Positions 18,619 to 28,622 of a stretch of 64,000 bases of DNA are shown here, piece by piece. Location: contig JAZQOH010000053.1 in the NCBI GenBank assembly GCA_045627725.1, forward strand, positions 1,444 through 65,443, given 5' to 3'. Every line of letters starts with the position of its first letter. Position 1 is the stretch's first letter. The position numbers and the translations under genes were made by a program. Source of the DNA: Prevotella sp. Its GTDB lineage: Bacteria; Bacteroidota; Bacteroidia; Bacteroidales; Bacteroidaceae. The notes under the pieces were generated by a model. It did no database searches, was not told the origin of the DNA, and worked only from the letters and a program-made list of their open reading frames with translations.

Positions 18619-20391
18619 ATGGCAAACATAGAAAATACTACACAGGAAGAGAAGAAGAGCCTTAATTTCATTGAGGTAATGGTGGAGAAAGACCTCGCAG
18701 AGGGACGTAATGGCGGTCGTGTGCAGACACGTTTCCCACCAGAACCTAACGGCTATCTTCATATCGGTCACGCCAAAGCTATCGCCCTCGACTTCGGCAT
18801 TGCTCAGAAGTATGGTGGCGTCTGCAATCTTCGTATGGATGACACCAATCCTCAAAAGGAGGATACAGAATATGTAGAAGCTATCAAGCGCGATATCGAG
18901 TGGCTCGGCTTCAAATGGGGCAACATCCTCTATGCGTCGGATTATTTCCAGCAGCTTTGGGATCTTGCCGTAGAACTCATCAAGCAGGGTAAGGCATACG
19001 TCGATGAACAGTCAGCAGAGCAGATTGCTGCGCAGAAGGGTACGCCAACACAGCCAGGCACAAACTCTCCTTATCGTGACCGTCCTGTAGAGGAAAGCCT
19101 TGCTCTCTTCAATGAGATGAATAGCGGAAACATGGAACCAGGTAAGATGGTGCTCCGTGCTAAGATAGACATGGCTAACCCAAATATGCACTTCCGCGAT
19201 CCTATCATGTATCGTGTGCTCAATATGCCACACTGGCGTACAGGCAACAAGTGGAATGCTTATCCAATGTATGACTATACACATGGTCAGTGTGACTACT
19301 GGGAGGGTGTGACACATTCGCTCTGTACTCTCGAGTTCGTCAGCCATCGTCCTTTGTATGACCTGTTTGTTGACTGGGCAAAGCAGGTGGGAGGTGATGA
19401 TAAGCCTCTCGATGATAATCGTCCACGTCAGACGGAGTTCAACAAGCTCAACCTTACTCATATCCTTCTCTCAAAGCGCAATCTGCTGATGCTTGTTAAA
19501 GAAGGAGTAGTGAACGGATGGGATGATCCTCGTATGCCTACAATTTCTGGTTTCCGTCGTCGTGGCTATTCACCAGAATCCATCATAAAGTTCATTGACA
19601 AGATTGGTTATACTACTTTCGATGCCCTCAACGAAATGGCATTGATGGAGAGTGCCGTACGCGAAGATCTCAACTCTCGTGCTACACGTGTGAGTGCAGT
19701 TCTCGATCCTATCAAGCTTGTCATTACAAACTATCCTGAGGATAAGACAGAGGAACTTACGGCTATCAATAATCCTGAGGATGAGAATGGCGGTACACAC
19801 ACCATCACCTTCTCACGTAACCTCTGGATTGAGCGCGATGACTTCATGGAGGATGCTCCTAAGAAGTTCTTCCGTCTTGGTCCAGGCAAGGAAGTGCGAC
19901 TCAAGAATGCTTACATCATCCGTTGCTCTGAAAATCCTGAGGAATGCATCGTGAAGGATGCTGATGGCAACATTGTGGAGATTCATGCAGAGTTTATCCC
20001 AGAGACAAAGACAGGTGAGGCAAATGCCAATATGAAGATAAAGGGCAAGACAATCCATTGGGTAAGCGTTGACCATTGCGTAGAGGCAGAGGTAAGGAAC
20101 TATGACCGTCTGTGGATGGTGGAGAACCCACGTGATGAAGTGGCAAACTTCTCGAAGTCTCAGGGTAAGGATCGCATCGATATCAACGACATGCGCGAGT
20201 ATCTCAATCCTAATTCACTTGAGGTGAAGAAGGCATATGTGGAGTCATGGCTCACTAACGCGAAGCCTCTCGACTATCTGCAGTTCCAGCGCATCGGCTA
20301 TTACAACGTGGATACAGATTCTACTGCTGAACATCTCGTATTCAACAAGACTGTAGGTCTTAAGGATACTTGGAACAAGCAGCAGAGATAA
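18619..20391 (+). CDS. glnS: Glutamine--tRNA ligase
   Basis: RFPPEPNGYLHIGH (HIGH), LSKR, WDDPRMPTISG, QFQRIGYY. Confidence 0.97.
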   Translation: MANIENTTQEEKKSLNFIEVMVEKDLAEGRNGGRVQTRFPPEPNGYLHIGHAKAIALDFGIAQKYGGVCNLRMDDTNPQKEDTEYVEAIKRDIEWLGFKWGNILYASDYFQQLWDLAVELIKQGKAYVDEQSAEQIAAQKGTPTQPGTNSPYRDRPVEESLALFNEMNSGNMEPGKMVLRAKIDMANPNMHFRDPIMYRVLNMPHWRTGNKWNAYPMYDYTHGQCDYWEGVTHSLCTLEFVSHRPLYDLFVDWAKQVGGDDKPLDDNRPRQTEFNKLNLTHILLSKRNLLMLVKEGVVNGWDDPRMPTISGFRRRGYSPESIIKFIDKIGYTTFDALNEMALMESAVREDLNSRATRVSAVLDPIKLVITNYPEDKTEELTAINNPEDENGGTHTITFSRNLWIERDDFMEDAPKKFFRLGPGKEVRLKNAYIIRCSENPEECIVKDADGNIVEIHAEFIPETKTGEANANMKIKGKTIHWVSVDHCVEAEVRNYDRLWMVENPRDEVANFSKSQGKDRIDINDMREYLNPNSLEVKKAYVESWLTNAKPLDYLQFQRIGYYNVDTDSTAEHLVFNKTVGLKDTWNKQQR

Positions 20392-20461
20392 TGTGTTACC
20401 GTAAAACTTGCTCGTGCAAGAAAACTTACAAGGTACAAGGTAAAAACTTACAATAAAAAAC

Positions 20462-21982
20462 TTGGTTCCAGAAGATTTTCAGAAATACATCAGGAGTAAT
20501 GAATTCAAGGAACTGTTGGCGAGATACCAGCAGTTCCTTGCTAATGATGATGCCACCTATTTCGATCCCGATGACCTCCTCGATATTGCGGAATACTATC
20601 ATCTGAAGAATAATCCCGACGAATCAATGAGGGCGGCTCAATGCTGTGCGACGCTGTTTCCTGACAACGAGAAGGCGCAAGTGTTCATAGCAAGGACCTA
20701 CCTCATGGCGGGAGAAACAGAAAAGGCAGAAGCTGTGGCAGAAGCGATTCCTTCCGAACGCCTCCTTGATACTATCTATCTGAAGGCGGAACTGATGATC
20801 GTGCATCATAGAGTGGAGGATGCTGAACGTTATCTGCAAGGGCATTATGAAGTGTTGACCAACTCAGAGATGCAGTATGACTCATACTTCGATGACGATG
20901 AGGAGGATGCTGAGGATATGGTCATAAACTATCCTCTCGATGTCGCCATCCTTTATATCGACTATCTGCAATGTGATTATGCTGAGGCGTGGCTTGCCAT
21001 GGTAGATGACAAGGAATTGCTCGGCTCTCCTGATTATCTGGAATGCAAGGCTCGTCTGCTCACGGCGCAGGAAAAATACAAGGAGGCGATAAACGTTTGG
21101 AATGCCTATATTGACATTCAGGCATATTCCGTCATCGCGTGGGTGCAGCTATCACAATGCTACTATCGTGAGGGCAATTGCGCTGAGGCTCTGCAATGTG
21201 CTCAGTATGCCGAAGCCATAGATGCCAATCTTCCAGATGCTTATTTGGCAGAAGGAAACTGCCTGTTCTCTCTCGGTCGCTCGGAAGAAGCTGTAGGGAA
21301 ATTCCGCAAGTTCCTCGAACTGTGTCCCGATGATATCCAGGGCGAACTCCTGCTTGCCTCAACTCTCTATTCCATCAATGACATGGAGGAGGCGAAGAAG
21401 CATATTCTTGTTGCCTTGGAGCGCATCGCGGATGCTGACACGGCAATGGAATGCCCCGACTTCCTTAGCATTGAGGTCTATCGCCAGGCAGCATTTATCT
21501 TCTCTGCCTTGGGCGACACAGAAGAGGCGCTTTGTCAACTTGACAATCTCGTATTCTATAATGTCCCTTCTGACAAACAGAAAATTCTACGTGTCAACAT
21601 TCTCCTGGAGGCAAATAGGGTGAAGGAAGCATTCGATGTGCTCACCGAACTGATAAAGGAATCGAATCATAGCTCAGAGGTGTATGTTAATGTGGGATGT
21701 ATGCTCGTTGATGCCAATCTCTATGAGGCAGGATATAAGATGCTAAAGGAGGTACTTGCCATCCTTGATGAGTCGGGCGATGAGAAAGGGGCTGGCTATG
21801 ATCGCTTTGCCTATGCAGCCCTTGTCCTCGGCCATTATGAAGATTTTCTTGAAGCCCTTGCCGTTTCCTGTGAGAAACTTCCTGCTGAGACGGTCACTCT
21901 CTTCAGTTCGTTCTTCCCTGACGACATGCCTGTGAGTGAATATCTGGAACATGCGAGGAATAACAAGATAACAATAAATTAA
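20462..21982 (+). CDS. Tetratricopeptide repeat protein
   Basis: YFDPDDLLDIAEYY start and repeated TPR-like helices. TTG start is uncertain. Confidence 0.8.
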   Translation: MVPEDFQKYIRSNEFKELLARYQQFLANDDATYFDPDDLLDIAEYYHLKNNPDESMRAAQCCATLFPDNEKAQVFIARTYLMAGETEKAEAVAEAIPSERLLDTIYLKAELMIVHHRVEDAERYLQGHYEVLTNSEMQYDSYFDDDEEDAEDMVINYPLDVAILYIDYLQCDYAEAWLAMVDDKELLGSPDYLECKARLLTAQEKYKEAINVWNAYIDIQAYSVIAWVQLSQCYYREGNCAEALQCAQYAEAIDANLPDAYLAEGNCLFSLGRSEEAVGKFRKFLELCPDDIQGELLLASTLYSINDMEEAKKHILVALERIADADTAMECPDFLSIEVYRQAAFIFSALGDTEEALCQLDNLVFYNVPSDKQKILRVNILLEANRVKEAFDVLTELIKESNHSSEVYVNVGCMLVDANLYEAGYKMLKEVLAILDESGDEKGAGYDRFAYAALVLGHYEDFLEALAVSCEKLPAETVTLFSSFFPDDMPVSEYLEHARNNKITIN

Positions 21983-22033
21983 ATCGTATCAAGTTTGTAT
22001 TTTATCATCATATAATTAATAAAAAAGAAAATC

Positions 22034-22657
22034 GTGTCAATACTAACATCATTACTCTCAAATCTCTCATATCCCGTCATTTTCTTTCTAATGATGCTTG
22101 AGAGTACAGTCATTCCTGTTCCTTCCGAACTCGTTGTTTCTCCTGCTGCCTATCATGCTGCTGGTGGCAATCTTAATATCTGGCTTGTCATCCTGTTCTC
22201 CACTCTTGGTGCGGATCTTGGAGCAACAATAAACTATGTGGCAGGCAAATATCTTGGACGTCCTATCATCTATCGCTTTGCCAACTCCAAGTGGGGACAC
22301 ATGTGTCTGCTCAATCAAGAGAAGGTGGAGAAGAGCGAACAGTATTTTGACAATCATGGAATGGTGGCAACGATAACTGGTCGTCTCATCCCAGGCATTC
22401 GTCATCTCATCAGTATTCCTGCAGGACTTGCACGAATGAACTTCTGGAATTTCCTTCTCTTCACCACTATCGGTGCTGGTGCATGGAATTGTATCCTTGC
22501 TGCTCTCGGATGGTATCTCTACAGTGTTGTGCCGGAGAGTCAGTTGAACGATAAAATAGAAGAATATGGTGAATACATTAAATATGCCATTATCGCTATT
22601 GTTCTTCTTGCTATTGTTTATTTTGTCGTTAAGTCGAGATTGAAGAAGAATAAATAA
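22034..22657 (+). CDS. dedA: DedA family membrane protein
   Basis: LESTVIPVPSELV and GRLIPGIRHLISIPAG motifs. Confidence 0.92.
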   Translation: MSILTSLLSNLSYPVIFFLMMLESTVIPVPSELVVSPAAYHAAGGNLNIWLVILFSTLGADLGATINYVAGKYLGRPIIYRFANSKWGHMCLLNQEKVEKSEQYFDNHGMVATITGRLIPGIRHLISIPAGLARMNFWNFLLFTTIGAGAWNCILAALGWYLYSVVPESQLNDKIEEYGEYIKYAIIAIVLLAIVYFVVKSRLKKNK

Positions 22658-22713
22658 AAAACACACAATTTACACAACAAATCAATATTTGTGTGTTGTG
22701 TTAATATGAAAAT

Positions 22714-22756
22714 AGGGCAATTAATTGATGCAAATCATCAGTTGTTGCCCTTTTTT
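22714..22756 (+). terminator. Intrinsic terminator of dedA
   Basis: AGGGCAA..TTGATG / CATCAG..TTGCCCT hairpin followed by a T-tract. Confidence 0.7.
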
Positions 22757-22819
22757 AATGCCCTGAAACGCCCTTTTTGTGATTTTTTTTGAGAAAAATC
22801 AAAAAAAGTTACTCAAATA

Positions 22820-22851
22820 TTTGCAAACAACATAAAAAAGCATTACCTTTG
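22820..22851 (+). promoter_or_regulatory. Consensus sigma-A promoter with no downstream ORF
   Basis: TTTG (22820-22823) - 20 nt - TACCTTTG (22844-22851). Confidence 0.75.
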
Positions 22852-22856
22852 CAATC

Positions 22857-22949
22857 GTTATCCTGAATACAATCTTTTTACCTTAAAAAAGCTAATACCT
22901 ATTGAGATTGGAGCGCTTACCCCGTGAGGAGTGAGCGTTTCGTTTTTTT
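22857..22949 (+). ncRNA. Candidate ~90-nt sRNA
   Basis: Lies between the consensus promoter and the terminator GAGCGCTTAC-N10-GTGAGCGTTTC-GTTTTTTT (22911-22949). Contains no start codon. Confidence 0.6.
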
Positions 22950-23124
22950 ATGCCCTTATGTTATTTTCTTTCCCAAGGTCGCTTTTGTTTCAATATTTAT
23001 TATTACCTTTGCAACCAACTTGAGAATCCCTCAACAAAGGTAGGGGTAAAAACTCATGTTAAGTAAATATTAAATAGATATAAATTATGTTTGCGCGTGC
23101 GCGTAAATTCAAAAGAATAATATA

Positions 23125-23901
23125 ATGAGACTTTGGTTCATATTCTGCAAGGACGAGATACTGCTCTGCAGAAATGGTGATACATACTCTGTGCCCCAGG
23201 GAGACGAACCGCCGATTTTGCTCAAGGATTGGAACGTTGTGCATAATGTAGTTCCTATGAGTGATGGTTCCGAGGTTAAGACGGTGAGGATAGATGATCC
23301 TGTTACCGACATGGAAGGAATGGAAATGAAGACACTTCGTCAGAGCTATTACGTGCTTTCGCCTGAGGTGTATCAGAAGGCAGGAAAATGTCATGAACTG
23401 CTCTATTGGGATCAGAATACAAAGTTTTGTGGTGTCTGTGGAGCGCCTATGAAACTGCACACAGACATTTCAAAGCGTTGTACTGGTTGCGGAAAAGAAA
23501 TATGGCCTCTCCTTGCCACTGCGATTATCGTATTGATACACAAGGGCGAAGATGAAGTACTTCTCGTTAGGGGAAAGAACTTCCGCTCTGAGTTCTATGG
23601 ACTCGTGGCTGGTTTCGTTGAGACAGGCGAATCTCTTGAAGAAGCAGTGATGCGAGAGGTGGAGGAAGAGGTAGGACTAAAGATTGACAATATCCGCTAT
23701 TTCTCTTCTCAGCCATGGCCATACCCTTGCGGATTGATGGTGGGATTCAATGCCGACTATGTTTCTGGCGAGATTCGTCTCCAGCGCGAAGAGATTGCCA
23801 AAGGAGGATGGTTCCATCGTGATAATCTCCCCGCCATTCCCGAAAAACTCTCCATAGCGAGACGCCTCATTGACAATTGGTTGGAGGCAAAGAAAAATTA
23901 A
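23125..23901 (+). CDS. nudC: NAD(+) diphosphatase NudC
   Basis: Zn ribbon FCGVCG..CTGCG, Nudix box GFVETGESLEEAVMREVEEEVG, SQPWPYP. Confidence 0.95.
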   Translation: MRLWFIFCKDEILLCRNGDTYSVPQGDEPPILLKDWNVVHNVVPMSDGSEVKTVRIDDPVTDMEGMEMKTLRQSYYVLSPEVYQKAGKCHELLYWDQNTKFCGVCGAPMKLHTDISKRCTGCGKEIWPLLATAIIVLIHKGEDEVLLVRGKNFRSEFYGLVAGFVETGESLEEAVMREVEEEVGLKIDNIRYFSSQPWPYPCGLMVGFNADYVSGEIRLQREEIAKGGWFHRDNLPAIPEKLSIARRLIDNWLEAKKN

Positions 23902-23923
23902 GAAAAAAGAATAAAACGAACCA

Positions 23924-23995
23924 TCGAGAACTCGAATTATCGAAATCTCGGATCATCGACAACTTGAAGTATCGAAAACTCGACAATTCGAAAAC
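23924..23995. repeat. Degenerate tandem array with exact 8-bp period
   Basis: TCG(A) at 23924, 23932, 23940, 23948, 23956, (TTGA 23964), 23972, 23980 and 23988. Confidence 0.85.
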
Positions 23996-24008
23996 AAATA
24001 AAAACAAA

Positions 24009-25031
24009 ATGAAAAAGAATACAAAAGGTTATCTTCTCTGCGCCTTAGGTTGCGCTGTGCTGGTAGCATTGATAATAGCATACTTCTTGTTCTCTGGCAT
24101 TTCGAGGGCGTCGGAGACAACTTATATCTACATTGATGATGATGACAACATCGACTCGGTCAATGTGAAGGTGAGAGAAGCTTCCAATTCTACAGGTCTC
24201 ATGGCTTTCCGCACCCTTGCTCGCCATACGGGCTATGCAAAGAACATTCGCACAGGACGATATGCTCTTGAAGATGACATGGGTGCCCTTGAGTTCTTCC
24301 GCAGTTTGCGAAATGGACACCAGAGTGCTCTCAATCTCACTATCCCTTCTGTTCGCACCAAGGAGCGTCTCGCCAAGGAACTTGGTGGAAAATTGATGAT
24401 GGATGCTGAAGATATGTTTGATGCTCTCAATGACTCTGCTCTATGTGCAAAGTATGGTCTTGACACCGCAACCATCGTCTCTCTCTTTATTCCTAATACA
24501 TACGAAATCTATTGGGACACGTCGTTGGAGAAGTTCCTCGACAGGATGAAGAAGGAAAGTGACACCTTTTGGAAGGGCGATAGGGAAGCAAAGGCAAAAG
24601 CTTTGAATCTTACTCCGTTGCAGGTTATAACCCTTGCCAGCATCATTGATGAGGAAACTGCAAATAATGGTGAGAAACCAATGATAGCCGGAATGTACTA
24701 CAATCGCCTTCAGATGGGTATGCCGCTTCAGGCAGATCCAACAATCAAGTTCGCTCTTCAGCAGTTTGAACTGAAACGTATCTATACGAAACTTCTCACC
24801 GTTGATAGTCCTTATAACACCTATCGCAACGTTGGTCTTCCTCCAGGTCCTATCCGTATCCCTTCCGTTGCGGGTATTGATGCAGTGTTGAATCTCGTTC
24901 ATCATGAATATATCTATATGTGTGCAAAGGAGGATTTCTCTGGCACTCACAACTTTGCAAAGACCTATGCGGAGCATCTCAAGAATGCGGCAAAGTATTC
25001 CCAGGCACTTGATAAGAGAAATATAAAGTAG
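24009..25031 (+). CDS. mltG: Endolytic transglycosylase MltG
   Basis: N-terminal TM; LASIIDEET, MPLQADPT, SPYNTY..GLPPGPI, HNFAKTYAEH. ATG 24009 preferred. Confidence 0.93.
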   Translation: MKKNTKGYLLCALGCAVLVALIIAYFLFSGISRASETTYIYIDDDDNIDSVNVKVREASNSTGLMAFRTLARHTGYAKNIRTGRYALEDDMGALEFFRSLRNGHQSALNLTIPSVRTKERLAKELGGKLMMDAEDMFDALNDSALCAKYGLDTATIVSLFIPNTYEIYWDTSLEKFLDRMKKESDTFWKGDREAKAKALNLTPLQVITLASIIDEETANNGEKPMIAGMYYNRLQMGMPLQADPTIKFALQQFELKRIYTKLLTVDSPYNTYRNVGLPPGPIRIPSVAGIDAVLNLVHHEYIYMCAKEDFSGTHNFAKTYAEHLKNAAKYSQALDKRNIK

Positions 25032-25130
25032 CCCCTCCCAATAGTCACATACTCCGATATTCTTGCGCTCCGTAGGTGCTCAGGCGCTTCGCGGAGTCTC
25101 AACATCGGACTACCCCCAAGGGGAGGAGTT
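25030..25130. repeat. C/G-rich REP-like element with internal hairpin
   Basis: AGCCCCTCCC...CTCCGAT..ATCGGA..CCCCCAAGGGGAG, related to copies at 16255, 63400 and 63537. Confidence 0.6.
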
Positions 25131-25217
25131 TGAAAATGGTGAAGCAATAACAAAAATTGTTATATAAAAGTATAAAGATTAACTATAATACAAACCTAAA
25201 CAAAATCCTAAATCTAA

Positions 25218-26486
25218 ATGAATAAGACAGTAGAAAAGAAATACCTCGTGCCTTTCTGTCTCGTAGGTACATTGTTCCTCCTTTGGGGCATCGCAAACAA
25301 TATGACTGATACGCTCTTGGCTGCGTTCAGAAGAATAATGTCGATGAATGACGCTCAGACATCACTCATCCAGTTTGCCTTCTATGGCAGTTACTTCTGC
25401 TTCGCTCTGCCTGCAGCACTCTTCATCAGAAAGTATTCATATAAGATGGGTGTAATCCTGGGCCTTCTGCTCTATGCCTTGGGCACGATGCTTTTCTATC
25501 CTGCTGCACAAACAGCATCCTATGCTTTCTATCTTGTTGCCATTTATGTGATGGCAGGAGGATGTTCTATCCTTGAGACAACGGCAAACCCTTATATCCT
25601 TAGTATGGGTGCTCCAGAAACAGCTACTCGTAGATTGAATATCGCACAGTCATTCAATCCTTTAGGAAGTATCATCGGCATACTGCTCTCGCAGAATTTC
25701 ATCCTTGCCGAACTAAGCTCTGCCTCTGCTGATGAGAGAGCGATGATGAGTCAGGAGGAACTCGCCGCTATGCAGAGCCACGAGATGGGTGCTGTAACAG
25801 GTACATACATGGTTCTTGGTCTTGTCCTTATTGCTATCATGCTCATTATGTTGAAGAGCAAGATGCCAAAGGGAAATGATGGTGATGGAGAGAAACTGAG
25901 TATCATGAAAGCTTTCGGCACTCTCTATTCCAATACTAAATACCGTTGGGGCGTCGTGGCACAGTTCTTCTATGTAGGTGCCCAGATTGGTGTATGGTCG
26001 TTCACTATTCGCCTTGTGATGCAGGAACTTAACATCCTCGAGGCAGAAGCTGCAAATATCTATCTCATCTCCATCATCGGTTTCTGTGCTTCAAGGTTTA
26101 TCTACACATGGCTGATGAAATTCTTCGCTCCAGCAAAGCTCCTTCAGTATGGTGCTGCGATGTCTATGATTTGCTGTGTATTTGTAGTCTCTTTGAGTGG
26201 CATGGGTTGGTTGCCTGTCATCGCTCTCGTGCTTGTCAGCTTCTTCATGAGTCTTATGTTCCCAACCATCTACGGACTTGCCCTTGATGGTGTGAAGAGC
26301 GAGGCAAAGATAGGTGCTTCGGGTCTTATCATGGCAATCCTTGGCGGTGCACTTATCACTCCTGTTCAGGGCATCGTTTCTGATATGTATGGAATCAACA
26401 TTTCCTATACAATACCTTTCATCTGCTTCCTTGTTGTGCTCCTCTATTCTGTGTTTGGAGTGAAGGAGGCTTCGGGTAACAGTTAA
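25218..26486 (+). CDS. FucP/GluP-family MFS sugar:H+ symporter
   Basis: LFLLWG, QFAFYGSYF, LETTANPY, RRLNIAQSFNPLG, YVGAQIG and MFPTIY motifs. Substrate not assignable. Confidence 0.9.
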   Translation: MNKTVEKKYLVPFCLVGTLFLLWGIANNMTDTLLAAFRRIMSMNDAQTSLIQFAFYGSYFCFALPAALFIRKYSYKMGVILGLLLYALGTMLFYPAAQTASYAFYLVAIYVMAGGCSILETTANPYILSMGAPETATRRLNIAQSFNPLGSIIGILLSQNFILAELSSASADERAMMSQEELAAMQSHEMGAVTGTYMVLGLVLIAIMLIMLKSKMPKGNDGDGEKLSIMKAFGTLYSNTKYRWGVVAQFFYVGAQIGVWSFTIRLVMQELNILEAEAANIYLISIIGFCASRFIYTWLMKFFAPAKLLQYGAAMSMICCVFVVSLSGMGWLPVIALVLVSFFMSLMFPTIYGLALDGVKSEAKIGASGLIMAILGGALITPVQGIVSDMYGINISYTIPFICFLVVLLYSVFGVKEASGNS

Positions 26487-26550
26487 CAGTTGAGTCGGAT
26501 ACCTACAAACAATAAATATACAAGGTACAACAATAAACATACAATAAAAA

Positions 26551-27330
26551 ATGCTCTTCTCCCGTTCTCGCCTGTTGCTTGGCGATGAAATGCTACTGCG
26601 AATGCAGAATGTCCGCGTCATCATCTTTGGGGTTGGTGGCGTTGGATCCTGGTGCGCAGAAAGCCTTGTTCGTACAGGAATCATCCATCTCACAATCGTA
26701 GATGCGGATGTTGTGAACATCACCAATTGTAATCGGCAGGTGCTTGCCACGAGCAAGACGATAGGCATGGATAAAGTAGAGGTGATGAAGGAAAGGCTCT
26801 TGGAGATAAATCCTGCTGCAGACATCGTTGCGATAAAAGAGACATACAGCAAGGAGACGGCAGAATCATTCCATCTTGAGCAGTATGACTTTGTCATAGA
26901 TGCCATCGATTCCCTGAAGGATAAAGCGCATCTCATCATTACGGCTACCGAATTGTCGAGGAAGATTGCCGAAGGAGAACTGATAGGGGAGGGCGTTGCC
27001 CCAAAACTGACATTCTTTAGTTCCATGGGAGCGGCTCTTCGCATCGATCCTCTTAAGATACGCGTAGCAGAGTTCTATAAGGTGAAGAACGACACCCTCG
27101 GCCGTGCTCTCCGCAAGAAACTCAAACATTTGGGCGTCAAACCTGCCGTTAAGTTCCTCTGCGTGTATAGTGAAGAACTCCCAATGGAGAATAAGGGCAC
27201 TCTCCCTCCTGACGACACTTGTGATTACAAGGCACAGATAAATGGCTCCTTAAGTCATATCACTGGTGTATTCGGCTTTACCCTCGCCGGCCTTGTGATG
27301 CAAGAGTTAACTCTAACCGCTAACCCCTAA
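26551..27330 (+). CDS. tcdA: tRNA threonylcarbamoyladenosine dehydratase (ThiF family)
   Basis: GVGGVGSW, TNCNRQ, DFVIDAIDS, SSMGAA..DP, NGSLSHITGVFG. Confidence 0.85.
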   Translation: MLFSRSRLLLGDEMLLRMQNVRVIIFGVGGVGSWCAESLVRTGIIHLTIVDADVVNITNCNRQVLATSKTIGMDKVEVMKERLLEINPAADIVAIKETYSKETAESFHLEQYDFVIDAIDSLKDKAHLIITATELSRKIAEGELIGEGVAPKLTFFSSMGAALRIDPLKIRVAEFYKVKNDTLGRALRKKLKHLGVKPAVKFLCVYSEELPMENKGTLPPDDTCDYKAQINGSLSHITGVFGFTLAGLVMQELTLTANP

Positions 27331-27362
27331 CCTCTAACCTCTAACCCCTACCTCCTAACCTC
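27314..27362. repeat. TAACC(C/T)C heptamer tandem array
   Basis: Seven units at a 7-bp period starting at 27314. CTAACCCCTAAC recurs at 28594-28605. Confidence 0.85.
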
Positions 27363-27371
27363 TTCAAAAGA

Positions 27372-28535
27372 ATGCCACAACTGGTTTATGCATTGAACAA
27401 AGACAGCAGATTGGTGCATGTTGACAACGTGCCAAATGGTCTTATGTGTCAATGTACATGCCCAGCATGTGGGGAAGCGCTGATAGCAAAGAACAATGGC
27501 GAGACGAAGGAATCCCATTTCGCACATTATTATGGAACGGAATGTGAAGGTGCTCATGAGACGGAACTCCATCTGCTGGCAAAGGAGATTATAGCAGAAG
27601 AGAAAAGGATAATGCTTCCCCCATACGGGAATGTGTTCAATGGAGGACAGCAAACGTTTGATTTTGTGGAGGTGGAGCAAGGCGATGACAACACCAATCT
27701 CCGTCCTGATTTGTGCGGCGTGGTGAGAAAGGCAGATGGAATGGAGAGCAGATTATGGATAGAGATAAAAGTGACTCACGCCATAGGAGCCGAAAAACGA
27801 CATCTGATACTGAATAACAGGATTTCCTGTCTGGAGATAAACCTCAACCGCTTCATGGAGGAAACCGTATCAAAGTCGGCGCTTAGGGATTTTCTTCTCT
27901 GTTCCATAGAAGATCATGAATGGACAAACAATCCTACACTTGAGGAGAGGCAGAGCAGACAAGCCCACCAGAAGAGGGAGATGGCAAGGATGATGAACGA
28001 TAAGCTGCGCGATAATGACACTCATAGTACCATGGAGCGCGATGATGCACATCGTAAAGAGTATCTCATGAAGAATCCTTCCCATTGCATCGTTCACTCC
28101 AGCAAATGTATGACCTGCAAATATCATACGTCACGAATGGCTATCCTTGAGGAAGTTCGCAGGCGACATTTGCCTTCCTGGCTGAAAGAATCATTGAGTT
28201 GTGACCTAAGGTTTCTCTCAAAGGAAAACATCACTACTACCGTGTGTTTTGACCGCTGTTATCAGATAAGATATGAAGGTTATGTGAAGTTGCTTCCTGA
28301 CTCTTCCCCCGATATCTATGGCATGGCAGTCACAGAGCGTGAGATACGTCAGAACCAGCAGATTATCCCATTCCTCCTGAATGTGGTTCCTGACATCCTT
28401 GCCTCCCATACCTTCCATTGCGAGCATAACCGTTCATCCTTTCCTTCCGCTTCTGGAAAGTACGACATTGCCTGCGATTGCGATAGGGTAGTGAATCGAT
28501 ATAGGAAAAAGATAGTGAACATGCGCTTGTCATGA
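27372..28535 (+). CDS. CoiA-like zinc-finger / PD-(D/E)XK nuclease protein
   Basis: CTCPACGEALIAK..HFAH..C..ETELHLLAK (CoiA N-terminus), RPDL..WIEIKVTH (PD-(D/E)XK), Cys-rich C-terminus. Confidence 0.75.
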   Translation: MPQLVYALNKDSRLVHVDNVPNGLMCQCTCPACGEALIAKNNGETKESHFAHYYGTECEGAHETELHLLAKEIIAEEKRIMLPPYGNVFNGGQQTFDFVEVEQGDDNTNLRPDLCGVVRKADGMESRLWIEIKVTHAIGAEKRHLILNNRISCLEINLNRFMEETVSKSALRDFLLCSIEDHEWTNNPTLEERQSRQAHQKREMARMMNDKLRDNDTHSTMERDDAHRKEYLMKNPSHCIVHSSKCMTCKYHTSRMAILEEVRRRHLPSWLKESLSCDLRFLSKENITTTVCFDRCYQIRYEGYVKLLPDSSPDIYGMAVTEREIRQNQQIIPFLLNVVPDILASHTFHCEHNRSSFPSASGKYDIACDCDRVVNRYRKKIVNMRLS

Positions 28536-28622
28536 TAATACATTACGGCTAAATGCCATAAACAGTGATTACAAACCCTTAAACAAAGGATTACTAACCC
28601 CTAACAAAAGATAAATTACCTT

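Noticed and set aside
23877-24008. Longer mltG start given by the ORF track
   Set aside because: The extension is the 8-bp repeat array and overlaps nudC. ATG 24009 is followed directly by the TM anchor.
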